Shown here piece by piece: positions 10,244-19,457 of a stretch of 64,000 bases of DNA. The notes beneath the pieces were generated by a model that saw nothing but the letters and a program-made list of their open reading frames with translations, did no database searches and had not been told where the DNA came from. The stretch is taken from NCBI GenBank assembly GCA_038523235.1, contig JBCBJQ010000020.1:1-64000 (forward strand), written 5' to 3'. Source of the DNA: Cyanobacteria bacterium J06626_4 (GTDB lineage Bacteria > Cyanobacteriota > Cyanobacteriia > Phormidesmidales > Phormidesmidaceae). The position numbers and the translations under genes are program-made. How positions within the stretch are numbered: the stretch's first letter is position 1; each line of letters starts with the position of its first letter.

Positions 10244-11191
10244 TTGATGACGCACCCGAGCGTGGCTTCAGATTTTTCACCTCGATCACCTCAGCCTTCT
10301 CAGCCGGCGGCTGATCACCGCCCCGAAGTCCGCCGGGTCTTGGTCGTTACCCTGGCGCTCAATCTGCTGGTGGTAGTGCTGAAGTCAATCGTGGGGCTGT
10401 GGACTGGGTCTTTAAGTCTATTAGCCGACGCACTACACAGCGTGACCGATAGCGCCAACAACGTCTTAGGGTTGGTCACTAATCAGTTGGCGTCCCCTCG
10501 TCCTGATCGTGATCATCCCTACGGTCGCCAAAAGTACGAGGCGGTGGGAGCCTTAGGCATTGCCGCCTTTTTGGGCATTGCCTGTTTTGAGATTCTGCAG
10601 CATGCCATGGAGCGGCTAATCAACGGTAGCGAGCCTGTTTTGATGTCGGCGATCGCCTTGTGGCTCATGCTGATTGTTTTAGGCATTAACATTGGCGTCG
10701 CGTTTTACGAACGGCGAGTCGGCCTCCGCCTGCAAAACAAAATTCTCATTGCCGATGCTCACCACACCATGAGTGACGTGTGGGTCACAATTTCAGTCCT
10801 AGGAGGGCTCATCGGCGTTTGGTTCGGCTGGCAGTGGCTGGATCTCGTAATGGCTTTTCCGGTGGCGCTTCTCGTCTTCAAAAGCGGTTGGGAGGTGCTG
10901 CGCGAAAATTTGCCCTGGCTGTTAGATGAAATGGCGATCGCGCCCGAGGCCATTCACGCGACGGTAATTCAGGTGCCGGGCGTCATCAACTGCCATAACA
11001 TCGCTTCTCGGGGGCTGTTAGGACGACAAGTCTTTATCGATATGCATCTCATCGTCGAACCGCGCACGCTTGCAGAGGCCCATGCCATCACTGAGCAGAT
11101 CGAAGCCATCCTCGATACCAAATATGGCCCTGCCCGCGTCACCATTCATTTGGAACCGTTGACTTATCAGTCCCCCCAGATCAGTTATTAA
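10244..11191 (+). CDS. Cation diffusion facilitator family transporter
   Basis: ADALHSVTD, DRDHPYG, ADAHHTMSD and IHLEP motifs. Confidence 0.92.
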   Translation: MMTHPSVASDFSPRSPQPSQPAADHRPEVRRVLVVTLALNLLVVVLKSIVGLWTGSLSLLADALHSVTDSANNVLGLVTNQLASPRPDRDHPYGRQKYEAVGALGIAAFLGIACFEILQHAMERLINGSEPVLMSAIALWLMLIVLGINIGVAFYERRVGLRLQNKILIADAHHTMSDVWVTISVLGGLIGVWFGWQWLDLVMAFPVALLVFKSGWEVLRENLPWLLDEMAIAPEAIHATVIQVPGVINCHNIASRGLLGRQVFIDMHLIVEPRTLAEAHAITEQIEAILDTKYGPARVTIHLEPLTYQSPQISY

Positions 11192-11193
11192 TC

Positions 11194-11715
11194 ATGAATT
11201 TGCCCACCTGGATTACTGTTTCACGCCTCTTGGGGGCACCCCTGGTCTTGCTTTTGCTGCTCGACCCCACGCCGCTACGCGCTTGGTGGGCAGTGAGTAT
11301 TTTTCTAGTGGTCGCCAGTACCGACTGGGTGGATGGCTACCTAGCTCGCCGCCTCGATCAAGTCACCGAGCTCGGTAAGTTTTTAGATCCGCTAGTCGAT
11401 AAGCTGCTAGTGTTGGCCCCGCTGCTGGCACTGGTGGAGTTAAATCAGGTACCCGCCTGGGGAGTCTTTCTCATTTTGGTGCGTGAACTGGCGATTTCAG
11501 GCTGGCGGGTCAATCCCAGCTTTCAGGCGCAGTCGGTGCCTGGTGCCAACCTCTGGGGCAAAGCCAAAACCGTGCTGCAAATCACCGCTGTCGCCTTTCT
11601 GCTCGCCCCCTTGCCGCCGGCATGGCAGCCTGTGGGCCTGGTGCTGTTCTGGCTGTCGGTGCTGCTCACCTGGGTTTCTGGCGCGCTGTATATCTGGCCG
11701 CGATCGACAATTTAA
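11194..11715 (+). CDS. pgsA: CDP-diacylglycerol--glycerol-3-phosphate 3-phosphatidyltransferase
   Basis: MNLPTWITVSR; TDWVDGYLARR...GKFLDPLVDK CDP-alcohol motif. Confidence 0.9.
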   Translation: MNLPTWITVSRLLGAPLVLLLLLDPTPLRAWWAVSIFLVVASTDWVDGYLARRLDQVTELGKFLDPLVDKLLVLAPLLALVELNQVPAWGVFLILVRELAISGWRVNPSFQAQSVPGANLWGKAKTVLQITAVAFLLAPLPPAWQPVGLVLFWLSVLLTWVSGALYIWPRSTI

Positions 11716-12027
11716 CGGATGCTCTTTGCGTACAAAGCCTTCCCGTCATTTATCTCCGCTGTTCTCTGACCGTCATGGCTGGCGCACCATGGGGCTCGCG
11801 CGGCCCCACTTTGACCACAGTGCTCAAGAGAAGAACGCTGCTCGGGCTGACATCGATGCCGCTGGATAGAATTCTCATTGCACCACCATAAACCCCCATC
11901 TCAGCGTCTTCATGGCCTTCAATCAGGGTCGCCAATTCAACATGAGCACAATTAGCACTTTTCTCCCAACACGACATTTTCTTCACAAACGTGGCAGGAT
12001 GGTCACTTTAGTGACGGCTCCAGAGTC

Positions 12028-14499
12028 TTGATGTCATTGAAAGCGCTATTTAACCCTCTTTTTGGCATTGCTGTTGGCATTGTCAGTTTTTCCTCGACCC
12101 CTGTTATGGCCCAAGAAACCTGGCAACAACCGCCTGAACCGATCGCGTCAATGCTCGACCAGCCGTGGTATCCGGGGGTCAGCATTGCACCAAACCAGCA
12201 ATGGTTAGTCAGCTTAGAACGTCCACCGCTGACTCAGCTATCGGAGTTAGCACGACCACGATTGCGGTTAGCGGGTTTGCAGCTCAATCCCTTGTTGCGT
12301 GGCCCCGCCCGAGCCTATGGCTTTACCGGCTTAGAAATTCAAAACATTGCCAGTGGTGAACGGCAGCGGGTGGTGCTGCCAGCCCACGAGGGCATTCGTA
12401 ATCTGCGCTGGTCTCCCACGGGCAATCGGTTAGCTTTTACCCTTGATCAGGCCGATGGCATTGAGTTGTGGGTGGCCGATATGGCCCAGGGGACGGCTCA
12501 ACGATTGCTACCGCCGATTCTGAATGACACCTTTGGGACGCCCTGCAGCTGGATTTCTGATACGGCGGGACTCCTCTGCAAGGTCGTGCCCACCGATCAG
12601 GGGGTGCCTCCAGTCCCGCCGTCGGTGCCTAGCGGCCCCCGAGTTGAGCAAAATCTGGGCCGCACGGCGCCTGTCCGCACTTATACTAATCTGCTCGAAA
12701 CCCCTGCCGATGAAGCCCTGTTTGAATACTATCTGACGTCGGTGCTCGTGCGGGTCGATTTGACGGGCGATCGCACCGACTTGACGCCGCCCCAGCTGAT
12801 TGCGTCAGCCACTGCGTCCCCCGACGGCGACTGGATTTTGCTGAGAACGATACAGCGGCCGTTCTCTTATCAGGTGCCTGCTCGGCTGTTTCCAAGGCGC
12901 ATTGCCGTGCTCGATGCCGCCGGTCAAGAGGTCTATCCGGTTGACGAGTTGGCGCTGGCTGACGATATTCCGGTGACCTTTGACTCTGTGCGCCAGGGAC
13001 GCCGCATTACGGGCTGGCGCAGCGATCGCCCCGCGACGCTGTACTGGGTCGAAGCGTTGGATGCAGGGGATGCCAGTCAGGACGTGCCGCACCGTGATGC
13101 CGTCTTTACGGTGGCAGCGCCCTTTGACGCTGAACCGCAGCTGTTGTGGAAAACTGAGCTGCGCTACAACAGTGTTATTTGGGGCCATGACGGCTTTGCC
13201 CTAGGCACCGAAGCTTGGTATGACACGCGCCGCCTCCGGGTCTGGCAGCTCGATCCGAGCGCTCCCAATCAGGCTCCCGTGCTGTTAACCGACCGTGACT
13301 ATCAAGATCGCTATAACGATCCGGGTCAGCCCCTCACCCAGCCTGGCCCCTATCATCGCCAGGTCTTGATGTTTGCCCCTGACGATGAAAGCCTCTATCT
13401 GAGTGGACGCGGTGTTTCGCCAGCGGGCGTCTATCCCTTTTTAGATCGCTGGCACCTGGCAACCCAGGAAAAGACGCGTCTGTGGCAGGCTGCTGATCCC
13501 CATTACGAAGCGATCGCCAGTTTGCTAAACGATGAGGGCACCCAAATCATCACCCGCCGCGAATCACCTCAGGAGCCGCCCAACTATTGGCAGCAAGATT
13601 TGACGACAGGGCAGACTGCCCAACTCACAGAATTCACTGATCCCCGGCCTTGGTATCGTGACCTGCAGCCCGAAGTCATTCGCTATGAGCGAGCCGATGG
13701 TGTCATCCTCTCTGCGACCCTGTATCTGCCGCCCGGATATAATCCTGAGACAGACGGTCCCCTGCCAACGTTGCTATGGGCCTATCCTCAAGAGTTTAAA
13801 AGTCGGGATGCGGCCTCCCAAGTCACCACCGCTGAAAATGCCTTTCGGCGGCCCTATGCCTACGACGCCCGCTTTTTGCTAACCCAAGGCTATGCCGTCG
13901 TCATGGGCCCCACCATGCCCATTATTGGCGAAGGGGATCAAGAACCCAATGACACTTATATTGAGCAGCTCACCCAAAGCGCCGAGGCGATCGTGAATTA
14001 TTTGATCGAACGAGGCATTAGCCAACCCGGTGGCCTGGCGATCGGGGGGCACTCCTATGGCGCGTTTACTGCTGCCAATCTGCTGGCCCACACCGACCTG
14101 TTTGCTGCCGGTATTGCCAATAGTGGGGCCTACAATCGTAGCCTGACACCTTTTGGCTTTCAGGGTGAGCAGCGGACGTTTTGGGAGACGACAGACACGT
14201 ATCTGCAGATGTCCCCCTTTACCCATGCCGCCAACATCAACGAGCCGCTATTGTTGATTCACGGTGGCAATGACGAAAACACGGGGACGTATCCCCTGCA
14301 GAGTGAGCGCCTCTATGGAGCGATGAAAGGGCTAGGGGGCACTGTGCGATGGGTCGAGCTGCCGCTTGAGGGCCACGGTTACCAGTCTCGTGAGGCGATC
14401 GGACATGTGCTCTGGGAGATGAATCGCTGGCTACAACAACACTTGCCAATGCCCTCGCCACCAGTCCAGGCCGATTTGGAGAGCGTGACAGGGCCCTGA
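12028..14499 (+). CDS. Secreted S9 (prolyl oligopeptidase-like) peptidase
   Basis: Signal peptide; GGHSYG nucleophile; LLIHG..DEN; EGHGY. Confidence 0.9.
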   Translation: MMSLKALFNPLFGIAVGIVSFSSTPVMAQETWQQPPEPIASMLDQPWYPGVSIAPNQQWLVSLERPPLTQLSELARPRLRLAGLQLNPLLRGPARAYGFTGLEIQNIASGERQRVVLPAHEGIRNLRWSPTGNRLAFTLDQADGIELWVADMAQGTAQRLLPPILNDTFGTPCSWISDTAGLLCKVVPTDQGVPPVPPSVPSGPRVEQNLGRTAPVRTYTNLLETPADEALFEYYLTSVLVRVDLTGDRTDLTPPQLIASATASPDGDWILLRTIQRPFSYQVPARLFPRRIAVLDAAGQEVYPVDELALADDIPVTFDSVRQGRRITGWRSDRPATLYWVEALDAGDASQDVPHRDAVFTVAAPFDAEPQLLWKTELRYNSVIWGHDGFALGTEAWYDTRRLRVWQLDPSAPNQAPVLLTDRDYQDRYNDPGQPLTQPGPYHRQVLMFAPDDESLYLSGRGVSPAGVYPFLDRWHLATQEKTRLWQAADPHYEAIASLLNDEGTQIITRRESPQEPPNYWQQDLTTGQTAQLTEFTDPRPWYRDLQPEVIRYERADGVILSATLYLPPGYNPETDGPLPTLLWAYPQEFKSRDAASQVTTAENAFRRPYAYDARFLLTQGYAVVMGPTMPIIGEGDQEPNDTYIEQLTQSAEAIVNYLIERGISQPGGLAIGGHSYGAFTAANLLAHTDLFAAGIANSGAYNRSLTPFGFQGEQRTFWETTDTYLQMSPFTHAANINEPLLLIHGGNDENTGTYPLQSERLYGAMKGLGGTVRWVELPLEGHGYQSREAIGHVLWEMNRWLQQHLPMPSPPVQADLESVTGP

Positions 14500-14678
14500 T
14501 GAGAAGCGTAAAAATACGGGAAAGATAGAAAGATGCGAGCATTGCGGACTACAATGCCAAACATACTCTGGCTAAACCGATCCACTGCAGCCCCCGGTGA
14601 AATGTCGCAGTCAGCAGGGGGATCGCCCTCAACACCGTCGTTTAGCTTGACTAACCCATTCGAAATGAGTGCAGGAGT

Positions 14679-15632
14679 GTGACGAAACCCGCAACGTTTT
14701 CTCAGGATCCTTTCTCCTCAGCGGGAGATTGTGACCAGGTAATTGCTGATCTCGAAGTTAGTTCGGCCGATCGCATCCTGATTTACCTGGCAATTAGCGT
14801 GATGAAGCTTGGAGGGCATCGCTACGGTGCCTTCTTGGATGCGGCCAATACGGCGGCTAAGCTCGCTATCTATTCGTCCTACCTAGAGCAGGGCAACAAC
14901 GTTCGTAAAACCAGCTTCTTGCATCATGTGGAACCCAAACGGGTGAGAGCCATCATCAAAGAAGTGGAAACGTTGTTGACCGAAGGGCGATCGCTGACCA
15001 CCCTGAGCGATCAAGAGCCCTATTATCTAATCGGGCTGCCCTACCTTTGGCAAGAAAAGCATCCCTGGGAGCCCAGCCAGTCAAGACTCAACGGTCATCA
15101 TCTGACGGCTAAAGAAAATGATGAGCTGCACGCTCAATTGCCGGCCGGCACGCCCTCGGCACGCTTTTTGGATTTGTTCGAATTCTTAGATTTGATTAAG
15201 CTGCTGCATACCAAATCGCAGAGCGAATATCCGCCCAACCGGCGCATGCCCCTGAGTGATGCCTTAACTGAGCACATCAAGTTTCGTCTGCTCCACTCGG
15301 GCACCGTGACTCAAGTTGATATTCCCTTTTTATCGATTCCCATTTTTGCCCTTACCCGCACCCACTACTCCCCCAAGGGCGAACGTGAGCGGGTCTTTAC
15401 CATGATGGATGACCTGGCTCGGTTCAGTAAATTGATGCAGGGGTGGGTGGTAGAGCGACCGGATATTTTGCGTGGCTTAGAAGTCTTTGACGTTCCCCAA
15501 GACCAGCGTCATGAAGCCTTAACCGAGCTCGACAGTCTGCTCAAAGCCTGGGCTGACAAATATCATCAAGAGGGAGGCTATCCCATGATTCTGCAGTTGG
15601 CAGCGGGCACCCGTGAATTAGGCGAAGCGTAG
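14679..15632 (+). CDS. Divergent HetR-family paralog (HetR2)
   Basis: GGHRYGAFLDAA.TAAK.AIY, LHHVEPKRV, LSDALTEHIK and WADKYH; colinear with the HetR at 49513. Confidence 0.9.
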   Translation: MTKPATFSQDPFSSAGDCDQVIADLEVSSADRILIYLAISVMKLGGHRYGAFLDAANTAAKLAIYSSYLEQGNNVRKTSFLHHVEPKRVRAIIKEVETLLTEGRSLTTLSDQEPYYLIGLPYLWQEKHPWEPSQSRLNGHHLTAKENDELHAQLPAGTPSARFLDLFEFLDLIKLLHTKSQSEYPPNRRMPLSDALTEHIKFRLLHSGTVTQVDIPFLSIPIFALTRTHYSPKGERERVFTMMDDLARFSKLMQGWVVERPDILRGLEVFDVPQDQRHEALTELDSLLKAWADKYHQEGGYPMILQLAAGTRELGEA

Positions 15633-16286
15633 AGTGGTATGAGGCAGTACCTATTGCCGTTGATTGCGAGCTGCAGGTAAAAGATAGCTAACGTACGCAT
15701 CGAACTTCTTGGGGGCCTCACTCTTAGCCAACAAGTTTTTTAAGTCAGCGATGGGGGCTGATAAGCTAACGAAACATCGCTCAATCTAGAGATAATTGGC
15801 ACTCCTGGCTGGGCGCGATCGCCTATCCTCATCCGCTGTCATCCCTACATCGATCACCGTCACTAGCATTCTCCGCTATCGGGCTCTTTATAGACCTCTC
15901 AGCTCATCTCTCGTCGATTGCCGGACACTTGGGCGAACTCTAGCTTAGATATCCACACGGCCAATCGCGCTCTTGTCAACAGTGCAATTGCGTCAGTAAT
16001 ATTCAAAGATACGGAGAGAGTATATGTCAGACGACCGGTCAAGAGGTCACTGTTTGCAAATGCTGTCCTCGGCAGATTTATCGAGGCGAGATGAAGCCGT
16101 GAACTCGCTAAACTTAACGCTACACAAGTTGGAAAGCTGGCAACCCAGATAGACTACCTCTTAACCTAATTGTTGTTAATGGCGATCAACGCAATATCAT
16201 CCTTCTTAGAGCAATGTTTGCCAGAATTAAGGCCTGGGCACCTTAAAATTACGCTCCACCCCCACTCTGAGTTACAATTCCCTCCT

Positions 16287-16766
16287 ATGCTTCAGCAAAT
16301 CGAGCAACTCTGCAAAGATACTGACGGTAGATATGCCACTGATTCTGAACTGATGTTCTTTCAGGATTATCTCAAAACCGCAAGATTACGATTTACGCTT
16401 TATCAAAAGCTCCAAAAGCTAGAACCTCAGATTGTTCAGCAAGTTTTGCAGCAGCTGCGAGATAAAGATCCCACCCTGCTAAAGATAGGCGACACCGAAC
16501 TGACCGCGAAATGGCAGCGAGATACTATTCGGCTCTTACGCTATGCCGCTACGGCTTTGTTGTCAGACGATCCTCAGATCTTTAAGGATTGCATGCTGAT
16601 CTGGTTTCAAACCATCATGAAATCATTTAAGGCTGAGCGGAGTTGCGAAGCGACTTATCAGATCATGCAATCTGTGGTCAAAGCCGCACTAACGCCTGAT
16701 GAAGCTGCTCTTTTTTGTCCACTATTAGAGATGAGCCGTGCCAGCTTGGGCACGACAGCTCAGTAG
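16287..16766 (+). CDS. Phycobiliprotein-like globin-fold protein (Slr0149-like)
   Basis: DGRYATDSEL and RD...LLRYAA...L.DD motifs; ATG at 16287. Confidence 0.75.
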   Translation: MLQQIEQLCKDTDGRYATDSELMFFQDYLKTARLRFTLYQKLQKLEPQIVQQVLQQLRDKDPTLLKIGDTELTAKWQRDTIRLLRYAATALLSDDPQIFKDCMLIWFQTIMKSFKAERSCEATYQIMQSVVKAALTPDEAALFCPLLEMSRASLGTTAQ

Positions 16767-17145
16767 TTTAATCAGGGTTTAGAGCTTTCTGCTACTGTTT
16801 TCAGTGGGGTTTATAAGTATTTCCTCAGAGGGATTGCCCATCCAGTTTTTGGCTCCACGGGATCAAATCGCAGACGTCTGTTTCAGTAATTGCCATGAGT
16901 AGATTTTCTCAGTCTTTTCCAGCAGTCGTGCCTGAAGTCTGGAGAATCGGCGGATAAGGTGCTTTTTGCAGTTTGAGTTAATGGAATTTGAGAATTTATA
17001 TGTCCAAAATCTGCCAGAATTGACATACTAAAGAAGGTGACTTTTAAGAATTTTCAACTTCGACAACGGATAGTTGAGATCGGTAACTGATTGGGCACAT
17101 TACACCCATCAGATCAATAAAAACGAGCTTTGCAGGCAGGGATTT

Positions 17146-17832
17146 ATGGCTACCACTTTATTGGCAAACACACATCAGCAGCACGACCGCCATCCCAAGA
17201 AACATAATCACTACAGCTTTAAGGACTTTTTTCAATTCAATCCTGAAGTGGGTAGCGTCGTTGATTGGAACGGGGGGCGCAATTTTTTCTCGAGTGAAGA
17301 CTTTATTATTGGTCTGTTAGAGGGCTTGGAAGAGGAAGTCGGTGAGGCCTCTGCTGCCATCATGTACTCCATCGGGCTGGAATGGGGGAAGCATGATTCA
17401 TTATTCTTCGAGAGCTGGTTTGAAAAAGAATTTGGCATGAATGCCCGGACTGCCAATCTGATGTTTTTGCTAGAAACCTGGTGGTGGCCATTTACCTCTC
17501 AAGGCTGGGGCCGTTGGGAAGTTGACATGAGCGATCGCAAACAGGGCTTCATGTTTATCAACGTCTTTGACTCAGCGGTGGCGCGCACCCTAGGTGATGT
17601 CGGCAAGCCAGTTTGCCACATCTATGCCGGGCTCTTCGCCGGGTTCTTTACTGAAATGGTGCGTAAGCAGCTCAGCTGCATCGAAATTCAGTGTTATTCC
17701 ATGGGCGAAACTTATTGCAAGTTTCTGCTGGGGGGCAAAGATCGGATCGATGCCGCCGCCTTTTGGATGAATGAGGGCGCTACCGCCCGTGACATTGAGA
17801 AGCGCCTGCGATCTGGGGAGGCAGTGGGATGA
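17146..17832 (+). CDS. V4R domain protein (Slr0144-like)
   Basis: GWGRWE, DSAVARTLGDVGKPVCHIYAGLFAGFF and CIEIQCYSMGETYCKF. Confidence 0.88.
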   Translation: MATTLLANTHQQHDRHPKKHNHYSFKDFFQFNPEVGSVVDWNGGRNFFSSEDFIIGLLEGLEEEVGEASAAIMYSIGLEWGKHDSLFFESWFEKEFGMNARTANLMFLLETWWWPFTSQGWGRWEVDMSDRKQGFMFINVFDSAVARTLGDVGKPVCHIYAGLFAGFFTEMVRKQLSCIEIQCYSMGETYCKFLLGGKDRIDAAAFWMNEGATARDIEKRLRSGEAVG

Positions 17833-18131
17833 GTTACGCGACTACTCAAAATGGTCATGTCACCCTACCCTTAACTTGGTCAACGGTCTCCGTCCGCGAT
17901 TTTTTTGCACAACTGCCCTGGACTGGCGAAGCGCCTCTGCCAACCCTGCAGACTGCAGCCACTGCGGACCTGCCAACGCTGACCATGCAGCTCAAAGTCA
18001 GTGATTTTTTCAGCCGCTTTCCCTGGACCGGTCAGCCCGATATTGGCACCCCGGTAGCGCCCATCACCGTGCAGCCTGACCTGCCTGCCGAAGACGACCT
18101 GACGCTCGATGGGTTTGCCGATTTATTTTGA
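17829..18131 (+). CDS. Small conserved protein (Slr0145-like)
   Basis: Two V.DFF...PWTG repeats; overlaps the V4R stop; ends LDGFADLF. Confidence 0.7.
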   Translation: MSYATTQNGHVTLPLTWSTVSVRDFFAQLPWTGEAPLPTLQTAATADLPTLTMQLKVSDFFSRFPWTGQPDIGTPVAPITVQPDLPAEDDLTLDGFADLF

Positions 18132-18232
18132 AATTCCTAGGTGAACCGCATGCTACGGCATGGTGCCCTCCTAGAGTGAATTAGTGAATTGTTGCTTGAC
18201 GCCATTGACCCATTGATTTGGAGCGTAGTTTT

Positions 18233-18754
18233 ATGAATCCTAAACTTGCATCATTGTTTGATGAGCCCGAAAAGGCCTACCTGCAGCCTCACGAACTCAA
18301 TGCTTTGAGCCAACTCGTGAGTTCGCTGCCTGATCGCATCAACCTCTATCGTCGCCTACGCAACGAAGAACTCACTCTCATGCAGGCGGTGGCCGATGCG
18401 CTGCAGCAAAAATTTGCCCAAGAGCCGGAAGACAAACTTAAGCGCAGCCTGCAGAACGGCATGTTGATGGTGCGATATGCTGCAATGGCCATGCTCGCTG
18501 ACGATGTCGAGATCGTCGTCAAACGGTTGGAACCCTGGTTGCCGGAGATGATCGAGGCCTATGATACCCGCGCCATTGATCAAGCACTGTACCAGCTCAT
18601 TCGAGAGCAGTTTGTGAGCCGGTTTACCCCTGCTCAAATGACCCTACTGGCCCCTGGACTGGATGCCGCTCAGCAATTTATCACACCACCGAGCGCCGCA
18701 AACGACGACGATGACGCTGAAATTACCAGTGAAACACTGGTGAGCTTATTTTAA
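18233..18754 (+). CDS. Phycobiliprotein-like globin-fold protein (Slr0146-like)
   Basis: EKAYLQPHEL and VRYAAMAMLADD motifs. Confidence 0.75.
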   Translation: MNPKLASLFDEPEKAYLQPHELNALSQLVSSLPDRINLYRRLRNEELTLMQAVADALQQKFAQEPEDKLKRSLQNGMLMVRYAAMAMLADDVEIVVKRLEPWLPEMIEAYDTRAIDQALYQLIREQFVSRFTPAQMTLLAPGLDAAQQFITPPSAANDDDDAEITSETLVSLF

Positions 18755-18779
18755 GTAGTAATTACCGGAAGGATGACCG

Positions 18780-19436
18780 ATGATTTCTGTTGCTGATCTA
18801 CTCGTTGACGATCGCCTGCCAAGTAATTACTTTGCCAGTGATGTCTATGTCCAAGGCACTCTCGAATTAGGTCTGCTAGAAAACCGGCGTGGTGATCGCT
18901 TACTAGCTCTGCCCGATGCGTTAATGAAAGCGATCGTGTCAGGCTTGAATAAAGAGACCGGACAGGCCACCAAGTATGTGCTGAAAAACTGTGGTCTTTG
19001 GTGGGGGAAGAACTTCTACGCTCGGTTTTGTGAAGAACTGAGTGAGTATTACAAAAAAGGCGTCGCTGACCTGCCAATGGTTGAGTTTGTTCAAGCCCTG
19101 CAAGAATGCTGGCGGACTCATGGCTGGGGCCGAATCAGCTTGAATACGGAATATCAGCTGCAGGGGTTTTTGGTCATTGAGGTGAAAAACTCTCCCTTTA
19201 CAGCTCACCAGATTCAGTCTGAGCAGCCTTCTGGGGCGTTAGAAGGTGGGGTTTTACAAGCCTTTTTTAGCCAACTCACGGGCCGCGACCTCAGCTGCCT
19301 GCAAACGAGTTGTGAATCCCTTGGAGCTGATCGCAACCGCTTTGTGCTGGGGTTGGCGGATCGTCTGCAGTCGGCGGAAGCCTTAGTCCAAGAAGGGCAG
19401 CCCCACGATGCCATTATGAAAATGCTGATTCAGTAA
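18780..19436 (+). CDS. V4R domain protein (Slr0147-like)
   Basis: GLLENRRGDRLLALP, HGWGRI and CLQTSCESLGADRNRF. Confidence 0.85.
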   Translation: MISVADLLVDDRLPSNYFASDVYVQGTLELGLLENRRGDRLLALPDALMKAIVSGLNKETGQATKYVLKNCGLWWGKNFYARFCEELSEYYKKGVADLPMVEFVQALQECWRTHGWGRISLNTEYQLQGFLVIEVKNSPFTAHQIQSEQPSGALEGGVLQAFFSQLTGRDLSCLQTSCESLGADRNRFVLGLADRLQSAEALVQEGQPHDAIMKMLIQ

Positions 19437-19457
19437 CCCTTTATAACTGATCCCTTT

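Noticed and set aside
11750..11986. 78-aa ORF between pgsA and the S9 peptidase
   Set aside because: No recognisable motif; overlaps the probable promoter region
15996..16012. NtcA site upstream of the globin-like gene
   Set aside because: GTA...TAC spacing is 11, not 8
16829..16839. GGG-ATTG-CCC as a HetR box upstream of the V4R gene
   Set aside because: Spacer is 4 nt, not 5
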